From an uncultured Fidelibacterota bacterium (GTDB lineage: Bacteria; Fidelibacterota; Marinisomatia; Marinisomatales; UBA1611), in assembly GCA_913040915.1 (NCBI GenBank), contig CAJWHW010000004.1:3367-67366 (forward strand): DNA of 64,000 nucleotides, written 5' to 3'. Position 1 is the stretch's first letter. Each line of letters begins with the position of its first letter. Shown piece after piece: positions 36,780 through 47,203 of this stretch. The notes below the pieces were generated by a model that had not been told where the DNA came from, searched no databases, and saw nothing but the letters and a program-made list of their open reading frames with translations. The position numbers and the translations under genes were made by a program.

Positions 36780-37889
36780 ATGAAAAAAACATTATTGCTT
36801 TTTACCCTGTTTATCATGTGCTGTGAGCCATTCGTTACCACCTTCCCAGACTCATCTGATGCAGTCATGTATGAAGCTACTGATAAGACCAATGTGGCTT
36901 ATAGTGGAGAAAATATAAAAGTGATTACATGGAACATCCGTTTTGGTGTTGGACGTTTTCCATTCTTTGGCGATTCCTGTGGTGATAGTGTTATTTTAGA
37001 TGATGGTTCCATTGAAAAAATAATGTCTAACATAGCAGACTCCATTAATGCTATGAATGCTGATATTGTGTTGTTGCAGGAAGTGGATGTATCATCGAAA
37101 AGAACAGGCTACATAGATCAGGTTCAATATCTTTTGGACAATACCCACATGAATTATGGGTGTTACGCTTCCATGTGGAAGGCCGATTATATACCTAGTG
37201 GTGGCATTGGACGTGTTGATGCTGGGAATGCTATTTTATCAAAATATAAACTTACAGATGCAGAACGAATCCAACTTAGGCTAAGAACAGATCAGGACGA
37301 GTTGATTCAGTATTTTTATTTAAGACGTAATATATTAAAAGCAAAGGTCCCTGAATTATCACAAGGAGGAAAATCTTTTTATGCTGTGGATATCCATGCT
37401 ACAGCTTTTGCAACAGATGATACCAAACAGCAGCACATTGATAAATATGTTCAAACTCTAGCAACTATTCATAATAATGGTGATTATTTTGTTACCGGAG
37501 GTGATCTCAATTCTGTGCCACCTGGATCGGTTACCGATTTTTGTGAAAGTGATATGTGTGAAGGAGATGATTACCACACTGAAGGTGCTGAAGAATATCA
37601 TAAAGAGGGGAGCTATTTCGAAAACTTTGATGGTGAACCTGATCTGTTGCTTCCGCTTTATAACTCTTACAATGCGGCTATCGATTCGGCAGATGCAAAT
37701 CTTCCTGGTCATTTTACCCATGGCCCGAGTACCAGTTATGAAATTAATAATATTAAATATGATAGAAAATTGGACTATCTTTTTACGAATAAAACTTGGG
37801 TAGATGGCGCATCCAGAACGCACCAAGCAGCCTGGGCACTAAGTGATCATATGCCGGTTAGCTCAATTATAAATATGGGAGGTGATTAA
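36780..37889 (+). CDS. endonuclease/exonuclease/phosphatase (EEP) family lipoprotein
   Basis: It has a lipobox-like signal (LLLFTLFIMCCEP) and the motifs WNIRFG, LLQEVD and a C-terminal SDHMPV. I chose ATG 36780 over TTG 36765. Confidence 0.75.
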   Translation: MKKTLLLFTLFIMCCEPFVTTFPDSSDAVMYEATDKTNVAYSGENIKVITWNIRFGVGRFPFFGDSCGDSVILDDGSIEKIMSNIADSINAMNADIVLLQEVDVSSKRTGYIDQVQYLLDNTHMNYGCYASMWKADYIPSGGIGRVDAGNAILSKYKLTDAERIQLRLRTDQDELIQYFYLRRNILKAKVPELSQGGKSFYAVDIHATAFATDDTKQQHIDKYVQTLATIHNNGDYFVTGGDLNSVPPGSVTDFCESDMCEGDDYHTEGAEEYHKEGSYFENFDGEPDLLLPLYNSYNAAIDSADANLPGHFTHGPSTSYEINNIKYDRKLDYLFTNKTWVDGASRTHQAAWALSDHMPVSSIINMGGD

Positions 37890-38692
37890 TGGGCCGTATC
37901 ATTTCTTCTATACTTCTTTCCTGTTATCTTATTGCAGAAACCAAAATTTGGGATTCCCATTCTGCTTACTTGCTTCCTCAAAAACGATGGGAAATAGGTT
38001 TGTTTCAGCCATTTAGATATGGCTATTCAGATAAATTGGAATATAGTGTATATCCATTATGGTTTTTTGTCATGCCTAATATATCTTTGAAAAAGCCTTA
38101 CAAGCCAATTGGCAGTTTCACAAGTGCATTTCAATCTTCCTTGTTTTATCCAACGCCTTTTCTCAATATGATTGCTAAGAAAGATATTTTGGGTTTCATT
38201 TCTCCAGAATTTCAAATTCCACCCATGCTTGGTCTTTCTGGTACATTCCTTATATCTAATAATATAGCTGGGGTGGATTTAACTGTAAATGGTGGTTTAG
38301 ACTTAGGCCTAGTGATGGGTGATTTGGATTATCGCTCCACTATTGATCTGCCCCTCGTGTATCATCGTTTGGGCGTGTATTACAACAATTGGGGAATGCA
38401 TATGGGATTAGATATACAGAAAAGTATTTCATCAATGATAGAAATTTTAGTTGATATTGATTACAGACTATTGCCTGAATTTCCTTTAAAACAGTTAGGA
38501 AAGAATTATTCTATAGAACATAAGCTTATTCTTAGTTGGAGAAAATCAGATCACTTCCGGTTAATAACCGGTTATAAATTTGTTATGGGAGAGTTTCCTT
38601 ACGGTTCCGATATGCGATTACTACCCTATATACCCTTAGTTGAACGATGGGTACCCATAATTGAATTACAATGGGCTGGGAGAAAAAAATAA
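37889..38692 (+). CDS. hypothetical protein (possible membrane/outer-membrane protein)
   Basis: It has a hydrophobic N-terminus and is rich in aromatic/Gly beta-like segments. It is coupled to the EEP gene by a TAATG overlap. I do not recognise a family. Confidence 0.4.
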   Translation: MGRIISSILLSCYLIAETKIWDSHSAYLLPQKRWEIGLFQPFRYGYSDKLEYSVYPLWFFVMPNISLKKPYKPIGSFTSAFQSSLFYPTPFLNMIAKKDILGFISPEFQIPPMLGLSGTFLISNNIAGVDLTVNGGLDLGLVMGDLDYRSTIDLPLVYHRLGVYYNNWGMHMGLDIQKSISSMIEILVDIDYRLLPEFPLKQLGKNYSIEHKLILSWRKSDHFRLITGYKFVMGEFPYGSDMRLLPYIPLVERWVPIIELQWAGRKK

Positions 38693-38709
38693 AATTAATC
38701 CAAATTCTA

Positions 38710-39432
38710 TTAGTTAAAAATTCGGTTTAACATTTCATATAATTCTGGGTTAGGGATTCCTTGCCCAAGATATATTTCATGCTGCTTGTTTTGCAGTATC
38801 ATTTCCCAATGAAGATGAGATTGTTTTTTTGTCCCTAATGTGCTTGCTTTCATTCCAGTATTTCCTGACTTACCAATTACTTCATTTGCTAATACTTTTA
38901 CTCCAGGTTTGATATTTTTTTCAATGTGGGATAAATGCGCATAAATTGTAATGGTTCTAAACCCCGGAACAAGACCAAATCCATGATCAATAAAAATTGC
39001 TTTCCCTAATAAAACATTATTAAATATATCAGAAGGCGTTGAGCCCACTTTTCTGCTAGCCTCCAGCATGTTTACTCTAAAACTTGCAGGCACTTCCATA
39101 TAACCATGATCTGCTCGTACGACAACACCATTTGCAACTGCATGCACTGCTGTTCCCCAATTTGCTAAAAAATCCACACCACGATGAATACCGCTTCGAT
39201 TATCTCTAGGTGCATTTGGAAGATAACCAGACTGTTTTGGAACTTTGATATTTTTACATGGCAGAGCAAGTTGAAGAGAGTCAACCCACTTAGGATTAAA
39301 AATCTCTTTTTTGATTTCTTTGTCCTGTTTTACTGTGATTGAAGTTATAACGGAGAGACTTGAGTTTTTAGGACTCTCAGCTGATTGAGCAAGCATTATG
39401 GAGCCTCCAAATAATAGTATTTTTAATTTCAT
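38710..39432 (-). CDS. M23 family metallopeptidase
   Basis: It has a signal peptide, HRGVDF (HxxxD) and SHLHWEM (HxH). Confidence 0.85.
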   Translation of the reverse strand: MKLKILLFGGSIMLAQSAESPKNSSLSVITSITVKQDKEIKKEIFNPKWVDSLQLALPCKNIKVPKQSGYLPNAPRDNRSGIHRGVDFLANWGTAVHAVANGVVVRADHGYMEVPASFRVNMLEASRKVGSTPSDIFNNVLLGKAIFIDHGFGLVPGFRTITIYAHLSHIEKNIKPGVKVLANEVIGKSGNTGMKASTLGTKKQSHLHWEMILQNKQHEIYLGQGIPNPELYEMLNRIFN

Positions 39433-39860
39433 CTTTTTTGAGATAAAAGATGATCAATACCATTAATACATGCTGCAATAGGTTGCCCAGAGAATGAATT
39501 AATATATTTCCCTGTTAAAATAGATTCTGTTTCTTTACAACCTAGAAAAAATGGTTTTTCAAAGTAAACCATAGACGTTGGAATTTTAATCACATTTAAT
39601 GTGTCTGCCACTGTCCAATCATACTTTGCCCAAGATGTTGGAATCATCAATAATCCATCAGCCCAATTTCGGTTCCGTTGTAGAAAATTAATACATTGAA
39701 ATTGCTTGTGGGTTTGGAAAAATTTTAGTTTTATTTCTTTGCCATGGATATGCTTTCGAATGGCTTTATTTAATTTATCCAAAGTGAGCTGGTTCCCACT
39801 ATCAGCGGATATTGTACCCAACAAATTCAGATTAGGGCCCTGTAGTATTAAAACATTCAT
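39429..39860 (-). CDS. type II 3-dehydroquinase (AroQ)-like protein lacking canonical catalytic residues
   Basis: It has LILQGPNLNLLG (cf. NGPNLNLLG) and KFFQT (cf. FFQSNHEG). The REPxxYG, THTS and HISN motifs are replaced (see findings). Confidence 0.6.
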   Translation of the reverse strand: MNVLILQGPNLNLLGTISADSGNQLTLDKLNKAIRKHIHGKEIKLKFFQTHKQFQCINFLQRNRNWADGLLMIPTSWAKYDWTVADTLNVIKIPTSMVYFEKPFFLGCKETESILTGKYINSFSGQPIAACINGIDHLLSQKR

Positions 39861-40243
39861 TTTAAGGGAATCATATGACCCAAAATATACCCAATGATAA
39901 TTCCGATCAGGAGGCCAAGAGTAACAATTCTGCTTTTAGCCAATTCGGTAGCATATCCCTTTTTGATTGCTATTCCTGAAACCACATAACCCATGGCGTT
40001 AAAAAACCAAAATACTGGTATAGAAACAATTTTTATGATGATGGGGCCTACAATAGGTATCATCCCGATTAAAGCACCGAGACCAACGAACATCTGTGTA
40101 AAAATGCTAATTACAAATGTTACAAATACTACAATCTTTTTATCAATACCAAAATATAGAGAAGTACAGATTCCTATAACTGCAATAATCCAACCAAGAA
40201 TTTGTTTTTGGTATAGTTTTATAAATGATGATTTGTGATTCAT
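39857..40243 (-). CDS. small polytopic membrane protein
   Basis: It is 128 aa with about 4 hydrophobic helices, and it overlaps the AroQ-like gene by 4 nt. Confidence 0.5.
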   Translation of the reverse strand: MNHKSSFIKLYQKQILGWIIAVIGICTSLYFGIDKKIVVFVTFVISIFTQMFVGLGALIGMIPIVGPIIIKIVSIPVFWFFNAMGYVVSGIAIKKGYATELAKSRIVTLGLLIGIIIGYILGHMIPLK

Positions 40244-40258
40244 GTTAGAAGAAAGTGT

Positions 40259-40693
40259 TTAGTATGCTTTAGAACCTATAAACATCTTCTTATATTTTAA
40301 AACTGAGTTAGAACTGTAGTATTCATCTGTTTCTTTTTCATCAATTATTAATGTAAGGATATTTTCATTTATTTTATATTTACCAATTGTTTTTTCTTTT
40401 TTCATATTTAAAGTTAATGCTCCGTTATTTGTTTCCCATATGCCCAATTCCGCATCTTCAAAACCTTCATAAATTCCTCGGGCACTGAATGACCCATCTT
40501 TTCGAAATGTAAATGTTTCTTGATAATAACTACTTTTATCAGTTGTTATTATCTCTTTCGGTTCACTAAAGTAAATAGTGGTCATAGTTTGATATTCCCA
40601 ACTGCCAATGATTTCCTTATCTCTTTCTTGGGCTTGAAGTAGTATTGATAAAACTATAATACTATAACAGATTTTTGATATAATGTTTTTCAT
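40259..40693 (-). CDS. secreted lipocalin-like domain protein
   Basis: It has a signal peptide followed by IIGSWEY...FTFRKDGSFSA...WETNNGALTL...ILTLI, a pattern typical of small lipocalin-like beta-barrels. Confidence 0.5.
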   Translation of the reverse strand: MKNIISKICYSIIVLSILLQAQERDKEIIGSWEYQTMTTIYFSEPKEIITTDKSSYYQETFTFRKDGSFSARGIYEGFEDAELGIWETNNGALTLNMKKEKTIGKYKINENILTLIIDEKETDEYYSSNSVLKYKKMFIGSKAY

Positions 40694-40745
40694 TTGAATT
40701 TCCTTAGAAACAAGTCCAAATAGAAATGAATTTTTATCGCGTTTA

Positions 40746-41444
40746 TTATTCCTTAATTAGTGCTGTAATTGGAAACCAAGCAGTTTTAAGTGATGCTTGA
40801 ATAATTCTTTTAGGTATTTGGTTTGAAACCCATATTTCTCTTATATTTTCCTCTATTACTATCTTTTCCATAAAATAATCAGACTGCGCATTTATTTTTG
40901 TAGTATTATCAATGATTTTAAGATCAAGACGATAATAGTCACAAAAAATAGAATCATTACCATTCCAAACATTAACAGTATCAGCCCAAAGAAATCGTGC
41001 ATTTCCAATCATACCTTCATGTTCATAAGGTAACCACTTTGTATCAATTCTTTCTGCTTCAATATTTTGTATTAAGGATAGGAGATTCAGAATAGATCTT
41101 GTCGAGTCTGGTAAATTAATTTTGTTCTTTTTATCGTAAACTAAAACTCCAGAAGAATCTAAATGTGCATTCAATTTCTGTTTGAAGTCACCTTGCTGTA
41201 TCTTTTTTCCCCAGGATTGTAAAATGTAAGAATTAGTATCATGCTGGGCCTCATAGTAATTCTTAGTTGGCCATATCAAGTCAAAAACTCCTATGCTATA
41301 CGTGTCAAATTTAATTTTACCTGATTCATTAATGGTTTGCTCTACATTAGCTACTGGAAAACCCCAAATAGATATTTCATATTTTTGTCCAATGCACAGA
41401 TTAAAAAGTATGGTTAAACTGTATACTCTTTTCATGGTTTCCAT
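40746..41444 (-). CDS. hypothetical secreted protein (possibly DUF3108-like)
   Basis: It has an N-terminal hydrophobic signal and a beta-rich sequence. It overlaps the upstream GT2 gene by 13 nt. The family call is weak. Confidence 0.4.
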   Translation of the reverse strand: METMKRVYSLTILFNLCIGQKYEISIWGFPVANVEQTINESGKIKFDTYSIGVFDLIWPTKNYYEAQHDTNSYILQSWGKKIQQGDFKQKLNAHLDSSGVLVYDKKNKINLPDSTRSILNLLSLIQNIEAERIDTKWLPYEHEGMIGNARFLWADTVNVWNGNDSIFCDYYRLDLKIIDNTTKINAQSDYFMEKIVIEENIREIWVSNQIPKRIIQASLKTAWFPITALIKE

Positions 41445-42520
41445 TTGAACTTATTAAAAATTCCCATACAGCCGATAATGGGAATGTAAAAAGGCTGGAT
41501 AAGTGACCAAATTATATAGACACCAGGCTTGATTGATGTTTCAAAAAGCCTACCTCCTAGATATATAACTAAACCTTCAAAAATAAATTTGATTAAAAAT
41601 ACAAATCCCCATCCTGAGATTCCTAATATAGCATAAAACAAAATAGTAATATTGGTCAAAAAAGCAGAAACTAAAAAAACGAAAAATAGAGGTCTAGATT
41701 GGATAATATTTCTTGAATTAGATGACCATCTAACGCGCTGATTGATAAAGTCATAGATTGTACCTACCCCAAGAGTGGTAACAAAAGAATTGGGATCGAT
41801 ATTTATTAACCCATTCTGTACTTTGGAAATTGATTGTACCAAATACATATCATCTCCGGATAGCTGATCTTTTACTGTTTCAAAACCATTGATTTTTTCA
41901 AAGTATGATTTTCTATAAGCTAAATTTTGACCGGTTCCTGACCAAAAATGATTCCATCCACCAGCACCTGCGTTTACTGCAATAATTCCTAGAAAATCAA
42001 TACATTGATAATGATCAAAAAATTCTTCTCCTACAACTTTTGAATAACCAATTGAAATTCCATCAGTTTGAAAAACGCTATAAACCATGCTTGATACCCA
42101 AAGTGATTTTACCCGACAATCTGCATCCGTAGAAATAATCACATCACCTCTTGCAGCTTCTATGCCTAGTTTAAGGGCATGTTTTTTTGGAGTCATTTCT
42201 TCTGATTTTTTCTCCACTTTAATTTGTGTAATAAAACTATAATTTTTTTCCGCTTCTTCTAAAATAGATAAAGTTGAATCGTTGGAGCGATCATTAACAA
42301 TAATTACTTCTATTTTATCAGTTGGATATTCTTGCTTGACAAGATCATGAATTAAATCCGGTAGATTCTTTTCTTCATTGCGAGCAGCAATCACAACTGA
42401 AACAAATGGTAAACTCGAAATTGCATTAATGGGTAATTCTGAGTGGCGGAATAATCCTAAAATAATAAAAGAAATAAATGCAAAATATAATCCTGCACTT
42501 ATAATCAGGAAAAATGACAT
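41432..42520 (-). CDS. membrane-embedded family 2 glycosyltransferase with QxxRW motif
   Basis: It has VSVVIAARNEE, IIVNDRSND, STDADC and GDDMYL, plus QRVRW. TM helices flank it at both ends. Confidence 0.8.
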   Translation of the reverse strand: MSFFLIISAGLYFAFISFIILGLFRHSELPINAISSLPFVSVVIAARNEEKNLPDLIHDLVKQEYPTDKIEVIIVNDRSNDSTLSILEEAEKNYSFITQIKVEKKSEEMTPKKHALKLGIEAARGDVIISTDADCRVKSLWVSSMVYSVFQTDGISIGYSKVVGEEFFDHYQCIDFLGIIAVNAGAGGWNHFWSGTGQNLAYRKSYFEKINGFETVKDQLSGDDMYLVQSISKVQNGLINIDPNSFVTTLGVGTIYDFINQRVRWSSNSRNIIQSRPLFFVFLVSAFLTNITILFYAILGISGWGFVFLIKFIFEGLVIYLGGRLFETSIKPGVYIIWSLIQPFYIPIIGCMGIFNKFKWKP

Positions 42521-42523
42521 GGT

Positions 42524-43894
42524 TTAAATTGAAAGGAGGTTCCCAGCAATACCGAAATAAAGTAACACACCTAATATATCAATGCTGGTTGTAACGAAAG
42601 GTCCAGTTGCAATTGCTGGATCAACATCAATTTTTCTGAAAATAAGAGGAATAAATGTCCCCATTGCAGCTGCAATGAGCATGGATGAGCAGATACTTAG
42701 GCCTACAACAATACCCAGCATTGGATCAGTATCCATAAAGCTAAATTTGGCAAATAAACCAAGTAAGAGCCCGTAAAGAATACCTAATATCATTCCAACC
42801 TGAATCTCTTTAAAAAGAACCTTTAATTCATTGCCAGCCTCAATTCGTCCTGTGGCGATCCCACGGACAATGATGGTGGAAGATTGAGTCCCAATATTAC
42901 CTCCCATTCCTATAATCACAGGAATAAAAGCTGCCAGTGAAATTATACTTTCCAACATATATTCAAAAGTGCCGATTACATTTGCAGCAGTGATACCGCC
43001 AATCCAAGAAGCAAATAACCAGGGTAACCGAGCTTTTGCATTGCCCCAGCTCGATTTAAGTAAAATTTCACGATCCTTACCAGCACCTGCCATTTGTAAA
43101 AAGTCTTCGGTCGCTTCTTGACGAATTACGTCAACCACATCATCCACAGTGACAATCCCAATTAAATGATCATCTTCATCTAAAACAGGTACAGCTAAAT
43201 AATTATATTGAGCAACAATTTGAGCTACATCTTCTTGGTCAGTTTCTGGCCGCACAGAATGTACTCGTTTTACCATGATGTCCATCAGGAGAGCATCCTG
43301 TGGTGTGGTTGCCAATGCACGGAGTGATGCTACTCCAACGAGCCGATTATCATCATCTGTAATGTAAAGATAAAAGACCATTTCTGCTTCTTCTTGATCT
43401 TGAAGCGTCCTTAATGCTTCACCACAGGTTGTATTCTGATAAAGGGTAAAAACATTTGTAGTCATCATGGCACCAGCGGAATCTCCCGGATAGCCCATAA
43501 GTTCTTCAATCTCTTCCTGTTCTTCAGTTTTCAATAAATCAATAACTGACTGTGCCTGCTCTTCTTCAAGTGTCCCTAGTATATAGCTTTGATCATTTGT
43601 TGAAGCATATTCAATTAATCTAGCAATCCTCTGGGGATGTTCTTCTATCAATAAATTGGCTATTATAGTATCATCCAGTTCAACTAAAAATTCAGCTGTA
43701 TGTTCATTCTCTTTTAAGAGATTGAACACTTGATATTGTTCTTCATCATTAAAGTATCGAAATACAATTGCTAGATCTGCGGGATGCGTTTTATTAATTA
43801 GTTTGCCTAGGTTCGTATGGGCATGTCTGCGCAATAATCGGCCAAAAGTATCCCTTAAAATAGTGATTTCATGCCTAAACATTTCTTTTTTCAT
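42524..43894 (-). CDS. mgtE: magnesium transporter MgtE
   Basis: It has an N-domain, a tandem CBS pair and a TM domain with GMGGNIGTQSSTI and the ATGPFVTTSIDILG motif. Confidence 0.9.
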   Translation of the reverse strand: MKKEMFRHEITILRDTFGRLLRRHAHTNLGKLINKTHPADLAIVFRYFNDEEQYQVFNLLKENEHTAEFLVELDDTIIANLLIEEHPQRIARLIEYASTNDQSYILGTLEEEQAQSVIDLLKTEEQEEIEELMGYPGDSAGAMMTTNVFTLYQNTTCGEALRTLQDQEEAEMVFYLYITDDDNRLVGVASLRALATTPQDALLMDIMVKRVHSVRPETDQEDVAQIVAQYNYLAVPVLDEDDHLIGIVTVDDVVDVIRQEATEDFLQMAGAGKDREILLKSSWGNAKARLPWLFASWIGGITAANVIGTFEYMLESIISLAAFIPVIIGMGGNIGTQSSTIIVRGIATGRIEAGNELKVLFKEIQVGMILGILYGLLLGLFAKFSFMDTDPMLGIVVGLSICSSMLIAAAMGTFIPLIFRKIDVDPAIATGPFVTTSIDILGVLLYFGIAGNLLSI

Positions 43895-44688
43895 TATCTA
43901 ACCTTTATTTGATTGATTTCTTTAAATCCAAAAGCAGTCGCACCTAAAGCCATAATAATAATCCAAGGCGCTACATGACCATACCAAATATAGACACTTG
44001 ATTCAGCTGTATTTGAAAATGAAAATAACATAGCTCCAGCATTATTCATCCCATGTAAGATCAAAGGAGGCAACACTGATCCTGTTCTCCAGGCTAAAAA
44101 TCCCAAAAGGATTCCTAATAAATATATTTGTATAAACCAAAAAGGGTTCATGTGAATCATAGCGAAAAACAAAGCAGTAATTAGAATAGCCCGTGTAACA
44201 TCTTTCCAATATTTTTCTAAAAATTGTTGGAGAAAACCACGAAACAAGAGTTCTTCACCTAAAGGTGCAATTAAAACAACCGCAACAAATAAAAGAATGA
44301 ATCCACTGACAGACTCAGGTTGGAGTAGTCCGTTAAGGTCCACAATATAATCCGGTGCCGGTATAAACATTTGTACAATTCTATCAAGTTCATCTGATAG
44401 TATGATTACGCCAAAAGAAAAAAGAGTGGTAGATATAAATATTTCTTGAGAGATAGGATTTAATCTAAGTCGTTTGAAAAGAGGTTGTTTTTTGGAAATC
44501 AGGAACCAGAGCAAGGGAGCAACCATAAACCCTTGCCCAACAATAAAGGAAATAAATGTATAGAGCTTTTTTGAAGAATCCGGATTAGATAAACCAATCC
44601 CCAATACCAATCCACCAGCAAAAAAGGCAGATAGAATGGATAGCACTACAATGCCGAAAGCGGTTTGGATACTGAACGTATTGTTCAT
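43894..44688 (-). CDS. CPBP family intramembrane glutamic endopeptidase
   Basis: It has the motifs EELLFRG, FAMIH and HGMNN in a polytopic membrane protein. Confidence 0.8.
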   Translation of the reverse strand: MNNTFSIQTAFGIVVLSILSAFFAGGLVLGIGLSNPDSSKKLYTFISFIVGQGFMVAPLLWFLISKKQPLFKRLRLNPISQEIFISTTLFSFGVIILSDELDRIVQMFIPAPDYIVDLNGLLQPESVSGFILLFVAVVLIAPLGEELLFRGFLQQFLEKYWKDVTRAILITALFFAMIHMNPFWFIQIYLLGILLGFLAWRTGSVLPPLILHGMNNAGAMLFSFSNTAESSVYIWYGHVAPWIIIMALGATAFGFKEINQIKVR

Positions 44689-44822
44689 AAGGGTCGGATT
44701 CCTTGGAATTCATTTAACAAAAATTACGATACTGAATCAGTTTTTTAAAAAGATGATTTATTAAATATCTATATCAATTCATTCAAATAAAAATTTGACT
44801 TGATTATATTATTTAATTGATA

Positions 44823-45569
44823 TTAAGGCTCCTTTCTAGAAAATTTATACATAAGAATAGAGCCAGCTACTGAAACATTCAGCGATTCTCCAAAGCCCTG
44901 TTTATTAATTGTTACAAATTCATGAAGTAGATTACGAGATTCATCAGATAGGCCACGTGCTTCGTTGCCAAAAACTAAAACATAATTTTTGGGTACAGAA
45001 AATTGATCTGATGATTTTCCAGATTGATCTGCGCCAATTAAGGTATGAGATACAGTAAATTGGCTCAAAAAAACATTAGTATATATGGAAAGCCCAAAAT
45101 GTGCACCCATGCCTGCACGTACAACTTTAGGATTAAATGGATCAACACAATCAGGTGATAATGCAATATGATTAAATCCAAAATATCCTGCAGATCGAAT
45201 AAGTGTCCCCATATTTCCAGGGTCTGAAATTTTATCAAAAAACACCCATTTTGGTATTGATTCATTTAGTGGTTTTGGTTTTGGTAATCGACATATAGCT
45301 GCAATACCTGATGGCGATTCTGTGAAAGATAATTTTTTCATAACTTTAGATGGAATACATGTCATCTCCACTCCACAAGCAAAGATTTTATCTTTAAAAT
45401 CGGAATTATCCTTAAGGAATGAATGGGTAACATAAATGATCTCAAGGTTGGCTTGCATCTCTATCGCAGTTTGAACTAACCGTTTTCCTTCAATGAAATA
45501 TTGTTGATATCTCTGCCGATATTTTATTTTTTCTAACGAATGTACTCTCTTTATTTCACTATTTATCAT
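44823..45569 (-). CDS. TrmH/SpoU family RNA 2'-O-methyltransferase
   Basis: It has the SPOUT motifs DPGNMGTLIRSA, VFGNEARGL and SLNVSVA. Confidence 0.8.
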   Translation of the reverse strand: MINSEIKRVHSLEKIKYRQRYQQYFIEGKRLVQTAIEMQANLEIIYVTHSFLKDNSDFKDKIFACGVEMTCIPSKVMKKLSFTESPSGIAAICRLPKPKPLNESIPKWVFFDKISDPGNMGTLIRSAGYFGFNHIALSPDCVDPFNPKVVRAGMGAHFGLSIYTNVFLSQFTVSHTLIGADQSGKSSDQFSVPKNYVLVFGNEARGLSDESRNLLHEFVTINKQGFGESLNVSVAGSILMYKFSRKEP

Positions 45570-45693
45570 ATCTGCTTGATAGTTTTACATATTGAAAATA
45601 ACAGAATCTTCAATGATAAATCTAAAGAAATCTACCTTGGTGTGTACAGCAGTCACCGGTAATTTTCCCTTCAATAATTAAGCATTTTATATT

Positions 45694-47160
45694 ATGAGCA
45701 AAGGATTACCCAATAGAGATACTGATTTTTCTGCATGGTATACCCAAGTGGTACACCGTGCCGGGTTAGCTGATTATGGCCCGGTGAAAGGAACCATGGT
45801 CATTAAGCCTTATGGTTTCCAATTGTGGGACAACATTAAACAAGCATTTGATAAAATGATTAAAGAAACTGGGCATGTGAATGCCTATTTCCCTTTGTTT
45901 ATACCAAAATCATTTTTGGCTAAGGAAGCTAAACATGTGGAGGGCTTTGCAAAAGAATGTGCGGTAGTAACCCATACACGATTAAAAGCCGATGATGATT
46001 ATGGTGTCGTGGTAGACCCAGAGTCAAAATTAGATGAAGAAATTATTGTTCGCCCTACATCTGAAACTGTGATTTGGTCCATGTATAAAAAATGGATTCA
46101 ATCCTATCGTGATTTACCATTACTCATAAATCAATGGGCTAATGTAGTACGATGGGAAATGCGAACAAGGCTCTTTTTACGTACATCAGAATTTTTATGG
46201 CAGGAAGGTCATACAGCCCACGCGACAGCAGAAGAAGCCCAAAAAGAAACACTAAAAATTTTAGAGCTTTATCGTCAATTAGCAGAAGATTACTTAGCCG
46301 TTCCCGTTTTTATTGGTGTTAAAACAGAATCAGAAAAATTTGCCGGAGCAGAAAAAACATACTGTATTGAAGCAATGATGGGGGATAAAAGGGCATTGCA
46401 GGCAGGCACCAGTCATAATTTAGGTCAAAATTTTGCTAAAGCATTTGATGTAAAATTTCAAACAAAAGATAATAGAGAAGAATTAGTATGGGCCACAAGT
46501 TGGGGGGTTAGTACAAGATTAGTTGGTGCTATAATCTTAACTCATGGTGATGAAAAAGGTCTCCGGCTGCCGCCTAAAATATCCCCTATTCAATTAGTGA
46601 TAATCCCTATTTCACGGAATGAAGAACAGGAAAATGCTGTAAAAAATTATTTAGCTCCACTTGTTGAATCATTAAAGAAGATAGGTATACGAGTTCACCA
46701 GGATTGGTCTGATAATTCTCCCGGATTTAAATTTAATGAATGGGAAATGAAAGGTGTCCCATTACGCATGGAAGTTGGCCCACGCGATGTTGAAAACGGT
46801 AATGTGATTGTAGCTAGACGAGATACCAGTGAAAAATCTTTTTTATCTAAAAAAGATGCTTTAGATAAAATACCAGAACTATTAACTCAAATTCAGCAGG
46901 GATTATTTAATCAGGCAAAACAATTTCAAAATAAAAATACTCATTCTGTTGAAAGCTATGATTCGTTGAAAAAAGTAATTGAAAAAGGAGGGTTTGTCCG
47001 TTGTGGGTGGGATGGGACTGATAAAACAGAAGCTAAAGTAAAAGAAGAAACCAAAGCAACTATTCGATGTATTCTTATGGATGAAAACCCGCATGGATTA
47101 ACTTGTATCTATTCTGGTAAGCCCGCAAAACATGAGGTGATTTACGCTAAAGCGTATTGA
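45694..47160 (+). CDS. proS: proline--tRNA ligase (archaeal/eukaryote-like type, no INS editing domain)
   Basis: It has the FSAWYTQVV..A.L.DY.PVKG N-terminus, a class II core, an anticodon-binding domain and a C-terminal domain ending in Tyr (..YAKAY). Confidence 0.95.
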   Translation: MSKGLPNRDTDFSAWYTQVVHRAGLADYGPVKGTMVIKPYGFQLWDNIKQAFDKMIKETGHVNAYFPLFIPKSFLAKEAKHVEGFAKECAVVTHTRLKADDDYGVVVDPESKLDEEIIVRPTSETVIWSMYKKWIQSYRDLPLLINQWANVVRWEMRTRLFLRTSEFLWQEGHTAHATAEEAQKETLKILELYRQLAEDYLAVPVFIGVKTESEKFAGAEKTYCIEAMMGDKRALQAGTSHNLGQNFAKAFDVKFQTKDNREELVWATSWGVSTRLVGAIILTHGDEKGLRLPPKISPIQLVIIPISRNEEQENAVKNYLAPLVESLKKIGIRVHQDWSDNSPGFKFNEWEMKGVPLRMEVGPRDVENGNVIVARRDTSEKSFLSKKDALDKIPELLTQIQQGLFNQAKQFQNKNTHSVESYDSLKKVIEKGGFVRCGWDGTDKTEAKVKEETKATIRCILMDENPHGLTCIYSGKPAKHEVIYAKAY

Positions 47161-47203
47161 AGTTTTTTATAAGAAAAATCGAAAAAAACTTAATTAATTT
47201 AAC

